Source: Actinomycetota bacterium (GTDB lineage Bacteria; Actinomycetota; Actinomycetes; Streptosporangiales; Streptosporangiaceae). From it: a DNA stretch of 64,000 bases. Position numbers and translations under genes: made by a program. This document shows, one piece after another, positions 19,354 to 29,599 of this stretch; position 1 is the stretch's first letter, and every line of letters begins with the position of its first letter. Under the pieces are notes generated by a model. It was given only the letters and a program-made list of their open reading frames with translations, ran no database searches and was not told where the DNA came from. The stretch spans positions 1,876 through 65,875 of the forward strand of contig JAJPIV010000048.1 in assembly GCA_021324595.1 (NCBI GenBank), in the 5' to 3' direction.

Positions 19354-20948
19354 CGGGACCCCCGCTCCGCGACGTACTCGGCGACCCGGCGGCGCTGGAT
19401 CTTGCCGGTGGCGGTGCGCGGGATCTCGGGCAGCAGGTGGACGACCGACGGCACCTTGAACGGCGCCAGCGTGCGCCGGCAGTGCTCGATCAGCGCATGG
19501 GGATCCGCGTCGCCGTGCAGCGTGGCAGCGGCGCCGACCCGCTCACCGTACTTCTCGTCCGGGATGCCGAAGCAGACCGCCTCGCGCACGGCCGGATGAG
19601 ACAGCAGCGCCTCCTCCACCTCCGCAGGCGAGATGTTCTCGCCGCCGCGGATGATCATCTCCTTGATCCGCCCCTCCAGGTACAGGTAGCCGTCGCGCAG
19701 CACGCCGCGGTCCCCGGTCCGGAACCAGTCGCCGAAGAACGCCTCCGCGTTGGCAGCCGGGTTGTTCACGTACCCGGACATGACGCCCGGGCCGCGGACC
19801 ACCACCTCGCCTGCCTCGCCGGGGGGGAGCAGGGTCCCCTCCCTGTCGGCGATCGCGATCTGGGTGCCGGTCGGCACCCCGACGGAGCCGGGGAGGTGCG
19901 GGGCCGGCGGCAGCGGGTTCGACGCCATCTGGTGGCTCGCCTCGGTCATGCCGTACGCCTCGAGCATGGGCACGCCGTACTCGCGCTCGGCCCGCTCCAG
20001 CAGCGCAGGCGAGAGCGCCGAGCTGCACGAGCGGGTGAACCGCAGCGTCCCGGGCGGGCCGCCGTCGTCGGCCGCGTCGAGGATGATCCGGTGCAGCGTG
20101 GGCCCGGCCGACAGCCAGGTCACGCCGAGGCCGCGGGCCTGCGGCCAGAACCGGCGCGGGGTGAACCGCCGGGGCACGACCACCGCGCCGCCGGCCGCGA
20201 GCGCGGCGAACGACGAGGCGACCAGGCCGTGGACGTGGAAGAGCGGCATCACGCAGAACGAGACGTCCGACGGCCCGAGCCGGTAGTGCGCCGCGATCGT
20301 CCGCGCCGATGCCATGAGGTTGCGCTGCCGCAGCGGCACCTGCTTGGGCCGGCTGGTCGTCCCGCTGGTGTGCAAGATCAGCGCAACGTCGTCCGGCTCG
20401 CCGAGCGCGGCGGCCGCCCGCGGCGCGACCGGCTGCCCGCCGCCCCCGCAGGCGACCAGCGTGGCGGGCTCGGTGCCGCCGGAGGCGCGCACCGACAGCA
20501 GCGGGAGCCCGGCCGCGGCCGCCGCCCCGGCCGCGGCGGCCAGCCCCGTGGCCGGGACGAGCATCAGCCGGGGCGCTATGTCCTCCAGGTAGAAGCCGAA
20601 CTCGCTGGCGGTGTAGGCCGGGTTGAGCGGGGCGGCCGCCGCGCCCAGGCTCGTGATCGCCAGCAGCACCTGGATCACGTCCGGGCCGTTCGGCAGCGAG
20701 AACGCGACCCGGTCCCCGCGCCGCACTCCGGCGGCGGCGAGCTGGCCGGCCAGGCGGGCGACCCGCGCGGCGACCTCGGCGAAGCTGAGGACGTGGCCGT
20801 CCTCGCCGGTGATGATCGCCGGGGCGGCCGGGTCCGGCTGGTCGAGGATCGCGGCGAGCGCTTCCCCGGCGGAACTCACCCCCTCCGCGGCCTCGCCGGG
20901 CGCCCCGCCGGGCGGGGCGCAGCCCGCCCTGCCGCTCGCGTCCGCCAT
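19350..20948 (-). CDS. Acyl-CoA synthetase, oxalate-CoA ligase (AAE3/Pcs60)-like
   Basis: HTSGTTSRPKQVPL, PLFHVHGL, LRFTRSCS, EAYGMTEASHQMASNPLP, GRIKEMIIRGGENISP. Confidence 0.88.
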   Translation of the reverse strand: MADASGRAGCAPPGGAPGEAAEGVSSAGEALAAILDQPDPAAPAIITGEDGHVLSFAEVAARVARLAGQLAAAGVRRGDRVAFSLPNGPDVIQVLLAITSLGAAAAPLNPAYTASEFGFYLEDIAPRLMLVPATGLAAAAGAAAAAGLPLLSVRASGGTEPATLVACGGGGQPVAPRAAAALGEPDDVALILHTSGTTSRPKQVPLRQRNLMASARTIAAHYRLGPSDVSFCVMPLFHVHGLVASSFAALAAGGAVVVPRRFTPRRFWPQARGLGVTWLSAGPTLHRIILDAADDGGPPGTLRFTRSCSSALSPALLERAEREYGVPMLEAYGMTEASHQMASNPLPPAPHLPGSVGVPTGTQIAIADREGTLLPPGEAGEVVVRGPGVMSGYVNNPAANAEAFFGDWFRTGDRGVLRDGYLYLEGRIKEMIIRGGENISPAEVEEALLSHPAVREAVCFGIPDEKYGERVGAAATLHGDADPHALIEHCRRTLAPFKVPSVVHLLPEIPRTATGKIQRRRVAEYVAERGSR

Positions 20949-21099
20949 GGTCGCCTCCCATCGCTGCTTCCGCCGGTACCTGCTAGTCTGCCCGGTTCTG
21001 CCCGACCGCGACAGCCTGGGTCCGCCCGGCCCGGGCGGCCCGGCACGGTGCCCCGCCCGCCACGCGCGCCTGCTGGCACAGGGCAAGGAGCCGGCCGCC

Positions 21100-22722
21100 T
21101 CACCGGCCGTCCGCCGTGAACGCCGCCGGCCACCTGCCGGGTGATCGCCGCGCGCGCCAGGCCAGCTCGGCCTCGCCGATCGGGGTGGCCGGCGGGCCGA
21201 GCACGAACGGCCAGATCTCCTCGGCGATCCCCCGCCAGTCCGCGGTCGCCCCCAGCTCGCCGAGCACGGCGAACAGGCCCAGGTTGATCCGCTGGAGCAC
21301 CACGTACGAGCGCGGGATGCTCACGTACGGCGCCACCGGGCTGCGCATGTCGAAGAACCGGCGCACCACCGCCGTGGCGTACTCCGGCGTCACCGTCACC
21401 GGCCCGCGCTCGCGGATCATCGCGTAGAACACCGCCAGGTGCTCGACCACCACCTCGGTGCTGACCGGGGCGCCCAAGGCCAGGAACCCGGCCGTCTCCA
21501 TCGCGCGCCGGAAGCCCTCGGGGTCGCCGCGGACGCACAGGTTCCTGGCCATCGCCGCGAGCGGCAGCAGCTCGGCGGCGGTGAAGTGCTTCATCAGCCC
21601 GAAGTCCAGGAACGTGACCTGCCCGTCCCCGTGGAACAGGTAGTTCCCCGGATGCGGGTCGCCGTTGAACGCCCGCAGCTCGTACAGGCTGCGGAAGACG
21701 AACCGGTAGATCGTCTCGGCGGCCTGGTCCCGCTCGCGCTGCGGCCAGCCGAGCACGTCGGCGAACCGGGCGCCCACCGCGAGCTCGCTGGTCACCACCC
21801 GGCGCGCGGACAGCTCCGGCACGATCGCCGGCACCCGGATCGTCGGGTGCCCGGCGTAGTACCGCGCCATCAGGGACTGGCTCGCCGCCTCCCGGCGGTA
21901 GTCGATCTCCTCGCCGATCCGCTCGCGCAGCTCGGCGATCAGCCCGTCCACGTCCTGGCTCGGCGCGGTGATCCGCAGCATCCGGCGCAGCAGCGCGACG
22001 TTGCGCAGGTCGGCGGCGATCGCCTCGGCGATGCCCGGGTACTGGACCTTCACCGCGACCGCCCGGCCATCGTGGGTGATCGCCCGGTGCACCTGCCCGA
22101 TCGAGGCGGCCGCGATCGGCTCGCCGTCCCACTCGGCGAACGCCCGCTCCGGCGGCGCGCCCAGCTCCTCCTCGACCACCCCCGCGGCGAGCGCGGCGCT
22201 CATCGGCGGCACGCTGTCCTGCAGCCGCGCCAGCGTCCGCCGCACGCCGGGCGCGAGTCCCTCGTCCAGGTAGCTGGCCATCTGGCCGATCTTCATCAGG
22301 ACGCCCTTCATCGCGCCGAGCGTCTGCGCGACGTCCTCGGCGGTCTGCAGCGCGAGGTCCTGGCGCAGGCGCTGGCGCTGCTCCCCCGCGGCCGCGAACA
22401 GCCGGGGCGCGCTCGCCGCGTACCGGGCGCCGCCCCGGGCGGCCAGCCGCAGGGCGGCCGCGCCGCGCCGCAACCGCAGGCTGCCGCTTCCCGTCGGGGC
22501 GCTTCCCGTCGGGGCGCTTCCCGGCGGTGCGCTCCCCGGGCTGCCGCCCGGCCGGCCGGGAACATGCCAGGGCCCGGCCGGCCGGCCCGCCGCCCGCCCG
22601 CGCCATGCCGCCACCCCGGCCCGGCCGGCGCCGCGAGCCGCCCGCCCCCGGGCGCGCAGGCCAAGGATCAGGAGGACAAGCCCCGCTCCGGCGCCGGCCC
22701 GGGCAAGCAGCCGCCGCCTCAC
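21100..22722 (-). CDS. ABC1/UbiB atypical kinase family protein (start uncertain)
   Basis: MKGVLMKIGQ, AAASIGQVH, VAVKVQYPG, DPHPGN, LDFG. Confidence 0.92.
   Translation of the reverse strand: MRRRLLARAGAGAGLVLLILGLRARGRAARGAGRAGVAAWRGRAAGRPAGPWHVPGRPGGSPGSAPPGSAPTGSAPTGSGSLRLRRGAAALRLAARGGARYAASAPRLFAAAGEQRQRLRQDLALQTAEDVAQTLGAMKGVLMKIGQMASYLDEGLAPGVRRTLARLQDSVPPMSAALAAGVVEEELGAPPERAFAEWDGEPIAAASIGQVHRAITHDGRAVAVKVQYPGIAEAIAADLRNVALLRRMLRITAPSQDVDGLIAELRERIGEEIDYRREAASQSLMARYYAGHPTIRVPAIVPELSARRVVTSELAVGARFADVLGWPQRERDQAAETIYRFVFRSLYELRAFNGDPHPGNYLFHGDGQVTFLDFGLMKHFTAAELLPLAAMARNLCVRGDPEGFRRAMETAGFLALGAPVSTEVVVEHLAVFYAMIRERGPVTVTPEYATAVVRRFFDMRSPVAPYVSIPRSYVVLQRINLGLFAVLGELGATADWRGIAEEIWPFVLGPPATPIGEAELAWRARRSPGRWPAAFTADGR
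22485..22540. repeat. 15-bp imperfect tandem repeat (about 3.7 copies), encodes GSAP(T/P)
   Basis: Unit CGCTTCCCGTCGGGG repeated inside the ABC1 N-terminal region. Confidence 0.8.
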
Positions 22723-23639
22723 GACTGGCGGGCGGCGCGGACCCGGGCGGCGATCCGCTGCCGCTGCTCAAGCACGCCGGGCTCGCCGAGGAACACCGCG
22801 TCCAGCACTCCCAGCGCCTGCCGGATCTCGGCCCGGCGCTGCTCGGTGAGCGCCTGCGCCCGGTACCCGTACATCGCGCGGGCCCACTCGGGCAGGGCCG
22901 CGACGGCCCCGTCGCCGATGTCCCGCCAGATCCCGGCGATCTCCTCGTCCAGGCCCGGCGGGTCGAGCAGGTAGGACATCGACTCGGCCGCGGCGGGAGT
23001 GCGGCGCAGGGCCGGCCGCGCCGACTCCAGGTACGCCGCGAGCTCGGCCGCGTTCGCCGGGGCCTTGCCCCGCGGCACCCCGACCAGCTCGGCCGCCACC
23101 ACCATCTCGGCCACGTAGCGGTCGGCGTCCGCGGCCGGCAGCGCGGTGCCGAACAGCGCGCGCGCCGCGATCACGGAGTCGACGAGGGCGGCGTGGACCC
23201 ACAGCAGCAGTGCGGGATCGCTCGCCGCGTAGCGCTGGCCGGTCACCGGATCGGTGCCGCGCACGTGCTCGTGGATCCGGCGCACGCGCTCGGCGGCCCG
23301 GTCCGCGCTGGCCCGGTCGCCGAAGCTCACCGTCGCCAGGTATGCCGACGTCGCCGCGAGCCGCCCGGCCGGGTCCTCGCGCCAGCCGCTGTGCTGGTCC
23401 ACCCCGGCCATGGCCAGGGGATGGAGCGCCTGGAGCAGCAGCGCGCGCAGGCCGGCCACCGGAGCGGACATATCGCCCGCCGTGCGCCAGGTGACGCTGG
23501 ACGGCCCGAAGTACCCGTCATCGGCTGGGTCCGGCGGCACCGCGGCGACCTGAGCCGCGGCCGACCGGGCGACCAGCCCGGCCGCCCCGGCGTACCGGCC
23601 GGGCCCGTTCGCCTCGTGGAAGGCGGCGTGCGCGCTCAT
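22719..23639 (-). CDS. Oxygenase MpaB/DUF2236 family protein
   Basis: GYFGPSSVTW, ALLLQALHP, VRRIHEHV, DPALLLWVH. Confidence 0.9.
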   Translation of the reverse strand: MSAHAAFHEANGPGRYAGAAGLVARSAAAQVAAVPPDPADDGYFGPSSVTWRTAGDMSAPVAGLRALLLQALHPLAMAGVDQHSGWREDPAGRLAATSAYLATVSFGDRASADRAAERVRRIHEHVRGTDPVTGQRYAASDPALLLWVHAALVDSVIAARALFGTALPAADADRYVAEMVVAAELVGVPRGKAPANAAELAAYLESARPALRRTPAAAESMSYLLDPPGLDEEIAGIWRDIGDGAVAALPEWARAMYGYRAQALTEQRRAEIRQALGVLDAVFLGEPGVLEQRQRIAARVRAARQS

Positions 23640-23667
23640 GCCATCAACGTACCTGCGGTCCGGCCGC

Positions 23668-24282
23668 TCACGCCTTGACGGCGACGCCCTCGTACGTGTA
23701 GCCGAGGAAGCGGGGGCCGCTCATGTAGTAGGTGTCCAGGCTGGCGATCCGCAGGCCCGCCGCGGCGATCAGCCGGCCGATCGGCCGGTCCAGGTTGCAG
23801 CCGCCGGCCATCCTGCGCTGGACGGGGTTGAGCCGGCGCTGCGCCCGGGCGACCCTCGCGTCCGGCGCGAGGCCGTGCTCGGCGAAGCGCAGCGTCCCGC
23901 CGGGGCGCAGCACCCGCCGGATCTCGGCGAGCGCGGCGGCGGCGTCGGGGACCGTGCACAGCGTCCAGGTGCTCAGCACGTGGTCCGCGCTGGCGTCGCC
24001 GAGCGGCAGGCGCCCGGCGTCCAGGCCGACGAACTCGACCGGGGCCGGCGAGGCCGCGACCCGGCTGGCCGCCAGCCTGCGTCCCACCGTGGCCGGGTCG
24101 ACCGCGCGGACCCGGCGGACTCCCGGCGGGTAGTGCGGGAGGTTCCGCCCCGAGCCGAACCCGATCTCGACGACCTCTCCGGCCAGCCCGGAGGCGGCGC
24201 GCGCCCGGATGCGCTCGATCTCGCCGCCCCGCATGAGCAGGTCGATGGCCCGGGGCAGGATCTGGTCGGCGTACAGGCCCAC
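23668..24282 (-). CDS. Class I SAM-dependent methyltransferase
   Basis: VEIGFGSG, WTLCTVPD, RVLRPGG, EHG, GGCNLDR. Confidence 0.9.
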   Translation of the reverse strand: MGLYADQILPRAIDLLMRGGEIERIRARAASGLAGEVVEIGFGSGRNLPHYPPGVRRVRAVDPATVGRRLAASRVAASPAPVEFVGLDAGRLPLGDASADHVLSTWTLCTVPDAAAALAEIRRVLRPGGTLRFAEHGLAPDARVARAQRRLNPVQRRMAGGCNLDRPIGRLIAAAGLRIASLDTYYMSGPRFLGYTYEGVAVKA

Positions 24283-24385
24283 GCCGCCAGTCTGGCACGG
24301 CCCGGCCGGTGCCCCCGACTGCCCGCCGCGCGACCCGGCCGGGCCGCTCCCGGGCGCCGGGCCTGCCGCCGGGGCCGCCCGCCGC

Positions 24386-25006
24386 CTACTCGCCGCCCCG
24401 CGCCCCCGGCCCGGCCTCCGGGAGCGCCGGCGAGAGTATCCACAGCACCCGGGCCGGCCCGGCGCCGGGCGGGACGCGCCAGGCGTGGCGCGTGCCCGCC
24501 GGGAACGTGATCGCGTCCCCGGTGCCCAGCGCATGCGCCTCGCCGGCCACCTCGATCACCATCTGCCCGTCGAGCATGAACACGAACTCCACGTCGACCG
24601 GGAGCGCGTACGGCTCGTCTCCGCTGCCGCCGCCCGGCTCGATCTCGCTCAGGATCGCCTGCACCCGCTTCTCGCCGCCCGGCGTGAGCAGGTACTCCCG
24701 GATCCCGGTACCGCCGAAGTTGATCGGCGGGTACTGCCCGCTCCGGACCACCTCGCCCTTGGCGTCCTGGAACAGCGCGGCCACGGAGATCCGCAGCGCA
24801 TCGCACAGCCGCATCAGCGATGCAACGGACACGCTGGTCAGGTCGCGCTCGAGCTTGGACAGGAAGCCCTTGGTCAGGCCGCTCTCGGCGGCCACCTCCG
24901 CGATCGTCTTCCGGGCGGCCAGCCGCGCGGCGCGCAGGTGCGCGCCGATCCGCGGCGCATGCCCCGCGGCGCCGTCCCTGTCCTGCCTGTCCTCCCCGGC
25001 GGGCAT
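24386..25006 (-). CDS. XRE-cupin transcriptional regulator
   Basis: GLTKGFLSKLERD HTH plus cupin (GDAITF..H); divergent from the permease-agmatinase unit. Confidence 0.9.
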   Translation of the reverse strand: MPAGEDRQDRDGAAGHAPRIGAHLRAARLAARKTIAEVAAESGLTKGFLSKLERDLTSVSVASLMRLCDALRISVAALFQDAKGEVVRSGQYPPINFGGTGIREYLLTPGGEKRVQAILSEIEPGGGSGDEPYALPVDVEFVFMLDGQMVIEVAGEAHALGTGDAITFPAGTRHAWRVPPGAGPARVLWILSPALPEAGPGARGGE

Positions 25007-25087
25007 GGGCCACCCTCCTCCCGGCCGGCGCGGCGATCACGGGCCATCCCCTCAGGCATACCACAGGCGCCCGCAGGGAAACGTGTG

Positions 25088-25116
25088 TTGACAATCAGGA
25101 AACTTCCGGGCACATT
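25088..25116 (+). promoter_or_regulatory. Sigma70-type promoter for the permease-agmatinase genes
   Basis: TTGACA-N17-CACATT, ending about 50 bp upstream of ATG 25169. Confidence 0.65.
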
Positions 25117-25168
25117 CGTCTCACACCCGCCGCGGCGCGGCCGCGCCGCCCCACCCAGGGAGGGCCAC

Positions 25169-26665
25169 ATGGCATCCGCTGCCCGCACGCAGGCGCCGCC
25201 CGAGGGAGCCGAGGGCGCGCTCCTGAGCCAGATCGAGGTTCACTCGATCGACTGGATCCCCGACCCGGAGCGGCATGGCAGGAACTGGCAGCAGGCCATG
25301 CTCTGGTTCCTCGGGAACTTCCAGTACTTCACGATCCCGATCGGCTTCGTCGGCCCCGCCATGGGGCTCTCGCTCGGCTGGTCGATCCTGGCCGGGACGC
25401 TGGGCATCGCGTTCGGCACGCTGTTCATGGCCTTCCACGCGACCCAGGGGCCGGTCTTCGGGCTGCCGCAGATGATCCAGACCAGGGCGCAGCTCGGCTA
25501 CCGCGGCGTCATCGTGGCGCTGTTCGCGACGCTCTTCACCTACCTGGCGTTCAACGTTGCCGACCAGGTGCTGATGAGCCTGGGCCTGCACGACGCGTTC
25601 GGGTGGAACGCGGGCCTGGTCGCGATCGGCACCGCCGTGATCGCGGCCGTCCTGGCGATCTTCGGGTACGACTGGGTGCACCGGGTCTTCCGGGTGCTGC
25701 TGGTCGTCTCGTTCCCGTGCTACCTCATCATCTCCGTCGCGATCCTGCTCGGCGGCGCGGGCGGCCGGGCTCCCGCGCACCCGGGCGGCTTCGTGTTCGC
25801 CGCCTTCATGACGCAGTTCACCGTCGCCGCCGCCTACAACATCACCTATGCTCCGTACGTCTCCGACTACTCACGGTACATGCCCAGGCGGACCTCGCCC
25901 CGCGGCATCATCGCCGCCGTCTTCTTCGGCGCCTCCGGGTCGGCGGTCTGGCTGATCGCGCTGGGCGCGTGGCTGGCCACGCGGCTCGGCGCGACCGACG
26001 GCCTGGTCGGCCTGCTCACCGTCGGCGACAAGGTCGCCGCCCCGCTCGGGTCGGTCACCGCGGCGCTGTCCGCCACGGCGCTCCTGGCGACCATGGGGAT
26101 GAACGCCTACGGCGGAATGCTGAGCGTGCTCACGGCGATCGACTCCTTCCGGAAGGTCAGGACCAGCCGCGCGTGGCGGGCTGTCACGATCGTCGCGCTG
26201 GCGGCCGTCTGGTACCTGCTCGGCCTCGCCTGGAACACCCCGAGCGCGGCCTACGCCGTCCTCGACTCGCTCACGCTCATGCTCTACCTGCTGGTTCCGT
26301 GGACCGCGCTCAACCTGGTCGACTTCTTCTTCGTCCGCCGTGGCCACTACGCGATCACCGAGATCTTCAACCCGTCCGGGGTCTACGGGCGCTGGGGCTG
26401 GCGGGGCCTGGCCGCCTACGTCGCCGGCTTTCTGTGCGAGATCCCGTTCATGGTGATCCTGCCGATCGGCAGCTTCTCCTACACTGGGCCGGTCCCGGCT
26501 CACCTGACCAACGGCGTCGACTACTCCTGGGCCGTCGGCCTGCTCGTCTCCGGCGTGCTCTACCTGGCCCTCTCCCGCTCGCTGGACCTGGCCTCCGAGC
26601 AGGCGGCGATCGAGGCCAGCGAGCGCGAGCTGCGGGCGATCGACGCCGCCGCGGCGGCGGGCTGA
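25169..26665 (+). CDS. Purine-cytosine (NCS1) permease family transporter
   Basis: [45 protein letters not shown]. Confidence 0.92.
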   Translation: MASAARTQAPPEGAEGALLSQIEVHSIDWIPDPERHGRNWQQAMLWFLGNFQYFTIPIGFVGPAMGLSLGWSILAGTLGIAFGTLFMAFHATQGPVFGLPQMIQTRAQLGYRGVIVALFATLFTYLAFNVADQVLMSLGLHDAFGWNAGLVAIGTAVIAAVLAIFGYDWVHRVFRVLLVVSFPCYLIISVAILLGGAGGRAPAHPGGFVFAAFMTQFTVAAAYNITYAPYVSDYSRYMPRRTSPRGIIAAVFFGASGSAVWLIALGAWLATRLGATDGLVGLLTVGDKVAAPLGSVTAALSATALLATMGMNAYGGMLSVLTAIDSFRKVRTSRAWRAVTIVALAAVWYLLGLAWNTPSAAYAVLDSLTLMLYLLVPWTALNLVDFFFVRRGHYAITEIFNPSGVYGRWGWRGLAAYVAGFLCEIPFMVILPIGSFSYTGPVPAHLTNGVDYSWAVGLLVSGVLYLALSRSLDLASEQAAIEASERELRAIDAAAAAG

Positions 26666-26750
26666 GATCGCCAGCGCGGGAGGCCGGCCGCGCCGCGCCC
26701 CGGCCTCGCCGCCGGGCCCCACGGCGCGGGGAAGCCGACCCTGGAGGGAC

Positions 26751-27725
26751 ATGAACGAGCAGGAAGGCCGGATTCTCGCCGGCGAGAACGTCGGCCCCGT
26801 CGACTCCACGCGCGTGCCCAGGTACGCGGGGATCGCGACGTTCGCGCGGCTGCCCCGGATCGACGAGGTGCCCAGCGCCGACGTGGCGGTGCTCGGCGTC
26901 CCGTTCGACAGCGGGGTCACCTACCGGCCCGGCGCCCGGTTCGGCCCGGCGCACATCCGCGAGTCGTCGCGGCTGCTGCGCCCCTACAACCCGGCGCTCG
27001 GCGTCCTGCCGTTCGCCGCCCTCCAGGTGGCCGACGCCGGTGACCTGCCGGTCAACCCGTTCGACATCGCCGAGGCGATCGGCGCGATCGAGCGGGGCGC
27101 GCGGGAGCTGACCGAGCGCGTCCCGCACCTGCTCGCGCTCGGCGGGGACCACACGATCGCGCTGCCCCTGCTGCGGGCGTTCGCCGCGGCGCACGGCCCG
27201 CTCGCCGTGGTCCACTTCGACGCGCACCTGGACACCTGGGACACCTACTTCGGCGCCGCGTACACGCACGGCACGCCATTCCGCCGGGCGTTCGAGGAAG
27301 GGCTGCTCGACCCGTCCGGGTGCGTGCACGTCGGCATCCGGGGTCCCCTGTTCGGCTCCGGCGACCTGGCGCGGGACTCGGCAGTCGGATTCCAGGTGCT
27401 ATCCGCTCCGGAGGCCGGCGACCTCGGCCCGGCCGGCATCGCCGAGCGGATCGCCGCGCGCGTCGGCGACCGGCCGGCCTACGTGTCCCTCGACATCGAC
27501 GTGCTCGACCCCGCGTTCGCGCCGGGCACCGGCACGCCCGAGGCGGGCGGACTGACCAGCCGGGAGCTGCTGGCGGTGCTCCGCACGTTCGCCGGGCTCC
27601 GGCTGGTGGGCGCGGACATAGTCGAGGTGGCACCCGCCTACGACCACGCGCAGATCACCGGCATCGCCGCCGCGCACGCCGGCTTCGAGCTGATCTCCGC
27701 GATCGCCGCCCGGGCGAGCGGGTGA
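26751..27725 (+). CDS. speB: Agmatinase/guanidinobutyrase (ureohydrolase)
   Basis: GARFGP, GGDHT, DAHLD, HGTPF, DIDVLDP, PGTGTPE, EVAPAYD. Confidence 0.9.
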   Translation: MNEQEGRILAGENVGPVDSTRVPRYAGIATFARLPRIDEVPSADVAVLGVPFDSGVTYRPGARFGPAHIRESSRLLRPYNPALGVLPFAALQVADAGDLPVNPFDIAEAIGAIERGARELTERVPHLLALGGDHTIALPLLRAFAAAHGPLAVVHFDAHLDTWDTYFGAAYTHGTPFRRAFEEGLLDPSGCVHVGIRGPLFGSGDLARDSAVGFQVLSAPEAGDLGPAGIAERIAARVGDRPAYVSLDIDVLDPAFAPGTGTPEAGGLTSRELLAVLRTFAGLRLVGADIVEVAPAYDHAQITGIAAAHAGFELISAIAARASG

Positions 27726-27809
27726 CGCCGGCGCCGCCGGCGGCCATCGGCCGCGCGCTCCGCCCGCGCCGAGGCGCCTTGGCGCCGACGACCTCGGCGG
27801 CTGGTGCCG

Positions 27810-27881
27810 CGTCTGCAGCGCCTCGGTCTCCGGTTCGGGCAGCACGAGCTTGAGCGCGGCCGAGGTGTCAAGATAGATCAT
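27810..27881 (-). pseudogene. Truncated VapC/PIN toxin remnant
   Basis: MIYLDTSAALKLVLPEPETEAL is a PIN N-terminus; PIN-like sequence stops after about 23 codons. Confidence 0.75.
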
Positions 27882-28170
27882 CAGTACCGCTCGTCGCCGC
27901 GCATCTGGGCAAGAGTGCTGCTGAGCATCAGGCCCTTGTCGCGCTCGCCACGTGGCGGAGCGCGCGGGATCGGTCCCGGATGGGCCGCCGGGATCGCCCT
28001 GCCCTGAGCGATGAGGCGATCGAGCAGCGCGACGCCTGTCGCGGGGCGGCTGGCATGATCCGCGCGACCGGCCGCCCGTGCTCGCTGATGTCCGGCGACT
28101 CGCCGGCCTTGACGCGCTCCAGCACCTTCGCGGTCTGCCGGTTCAGCTCGCTCACGGCCACCGTGGCCAT
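27881..28170 (-). pseudogene. Frameshifted Phd/YefM antitoxin
   Basis: MATVAVSELNRQTAKVLERVKAGE..HGRPVARI, then a 1-nt shortfall near 28040; the shifted frame continues TGVALLDRLIAQGRA...RGDERY-stop with TGATG coupling to vapC. Confidence 0.78.
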
Positions 28171-28444
28171 GACGTTCATCGTCCCACCAAGTAGTACCAG
28201 GGGCCTGTCGCTCGTCGGCGGCTCCCCGTGATTGGTTCCGGCAGGCGCTGAGCCGCCGCTCACGGCCCGCCCGCGCAGGGCTCGCGCCCGCCCGGGCATC
28301 ACCGCAGCCCGCGGGCGGGCCGTCGCACGCCGGCCACGCCCTGCGGACCCCAGACTCCCGCTCCCGTGACGGCGCGGCGGCGCAGCGCCGCGCCCGGCCC
28401 GCGCGGGGCGCTAGGGACCGCTGCCCCGTTCATAGGTGACAAGA

Positions 28445-28474
28445 TTGACACGTGACTTTCGACTCACCTATAGT
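28445..28474 (+). promoter_or_regulatory. Promoter with overlapping operator; probably leaderless transcript
   Basis: TTGACA-N18-TATAGT ending 6 nt before GTG 28481; GTGA-N8-TCAC dyad in the spacer. Confidence 0.7.
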
Positions 28475-28480
28475 GGTGGC

Positions 28481-28804
28481 GTGCAGGACGACGACCGTGT
28501 CTTCAAGGCGCTGGCCGACCCGACCCGGCGGCTGCTCCTGGACCGGCTCTTCGAGCGCGACGGCCAGACGCTGACCGAGCTCGAGGCGCAGGTCCCGGAG
28601 CTGACCAGGTTCGGCGTGATGCGGCACCTGGCGGTGCTCGAGGAGGCCGGGCTCGTCGTCACCCGCAGGCAGGGCCGTTACAAGCTCCACTTCCTCAACC
28701 CGGTCCCCGTGGCGATGATCGCCGAGCGGTGGCTGGGCAAGTACCGGGAGCGGCATGCGGCGGGCCTGCTGGAACTCAAGGATCACCTGGAGGGATCGAC
28801 ATGA
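28481..28804 (+). CDS. ArsR/SmtB family regulator
   Basis: VFKALADPTRR, HLAVLEEAGLV, LNPVP. Confidence 0.92.
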   Translation: MQDDDRVFKALADPTRRLLLDRLFERDGQTLTELEAQVPELTRFGVMRHLAVLEEAGLVVTRRQGRYKLHFLNPVPVAMIAERWLGKYRERHAAGLLELKDHLEGST

Positions 28805-29268
28805 CCAGCACCGCGACCACGACCGGCACCCAGGTCTACCAGATCTACATCAACGCCCCGCAGCAGAAGGTGTGGGAGGCGATCACCACCCCCGAGATCG
28901 TCTCGAAGTACTTCCACGGCGCCCGGGTCGAGGGCAGCTACCAGGCCGGGACCAGGATCCGCACGGTCTCCCCGGACGGCGCCCAGGAGTGGGGGAACAA
29001 CACCGTCCTGGAGGCCGATCCGCCGCGCCGGCTCGTGCACACCTGGCGCAGCCTGTACGACCCGGAACTGGCGGCCGAGCCCGAGAGCCGGGTCACCTGG
29101 GAGATCGAGGCCCTCCCCGGCGGGTTCTCCCGGCTCACCCTCATCCACGACCGGCTCGACGCCTCGCCCAGGACCGCCGCGAGCGTCACCGGCTGGTCCT
29201 ACTTCCTCAGCAGCCTCAAGTCGGTCCTGGAGACCGGCAGCCCGCTGCCGCCGGTTCCGGACATGTGA
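28801..29268 (+). CDS. SRPBCC/AHSA1 family protein
   Basis: IYINAPQQKVWEAIT, DPPRRLVHTW, SRVTWEI, GW..LSSLKSVLETG; ATGA overlap. Confidence 0.92.
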   Translation: MTSTATTTGTQVYQIYINAPQQKVWEAITTPEIVSKYFHGARVEGSYQAGTRIRTVSPDGAQEWGNNTVLEADPPRRLVHTWRSLYDPELAAEPESRVTWEIEALPGGFSRLTLIHDRLDASPRTAASVTGWSYFLSSLKSVLETGSPLPPVPDM

Positions 29269-29298
29269 AGGCCGGGCGCTCGCGCCGCCCGGCCTTCA
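29266..29298. terminator. Hairpin between convergent genes
   Basis: 13-bp perfect stem TGAAGGCCGGGCG / CGCCCGGCCTTCA with a 7-nt loop. Confidence 0.7.
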
Positions 29299-29329
29299 GA
29301 TTCTGCCGGCCGGGCGGCGCGGCACTGGC

Positions 29330-29599
29330 TCAGTCGCCGGGCTCTCCCTCCCGCGCGAACTTGTCCCTGAAGTACTCCACGATCCGGCTCGCCTGCTCGT
29401 GGCTCACCTCGACCAGTTCCTCATCCAAGCTGCCGTGCTCCCACTCGACGATGAGCGAGGTCCGCGCCCAGCTCATGTCCCGGCGTAGGCCCTCGTCCTC
29501 CGGCCCGTCGTCATGGTGCAGGCGGCGCAGCAGCCCCAGCGGGCGTTCGGCCGTGGCCCCGCCGTCGGTGATCGCGTAGTACGTGATCGCGCCACTCAT
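29330..29599 (-). CDS. Small acidic protein, candidate immunity partner
   Basis: 89 aa, ATGA-coupled to the RelA/SpoT-fold gene; ends ELVEVSHEQASRIVEYF. Confidence 0.75.
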   Translation of the reverse strand: MSGAITYYAITDGGATAERPLGLLRRLHHDDGPEDEGLRRDMSWARTSLIVEWEHGSLDEELVEVSHEQASRIVEYFRDKFAREGEPGD

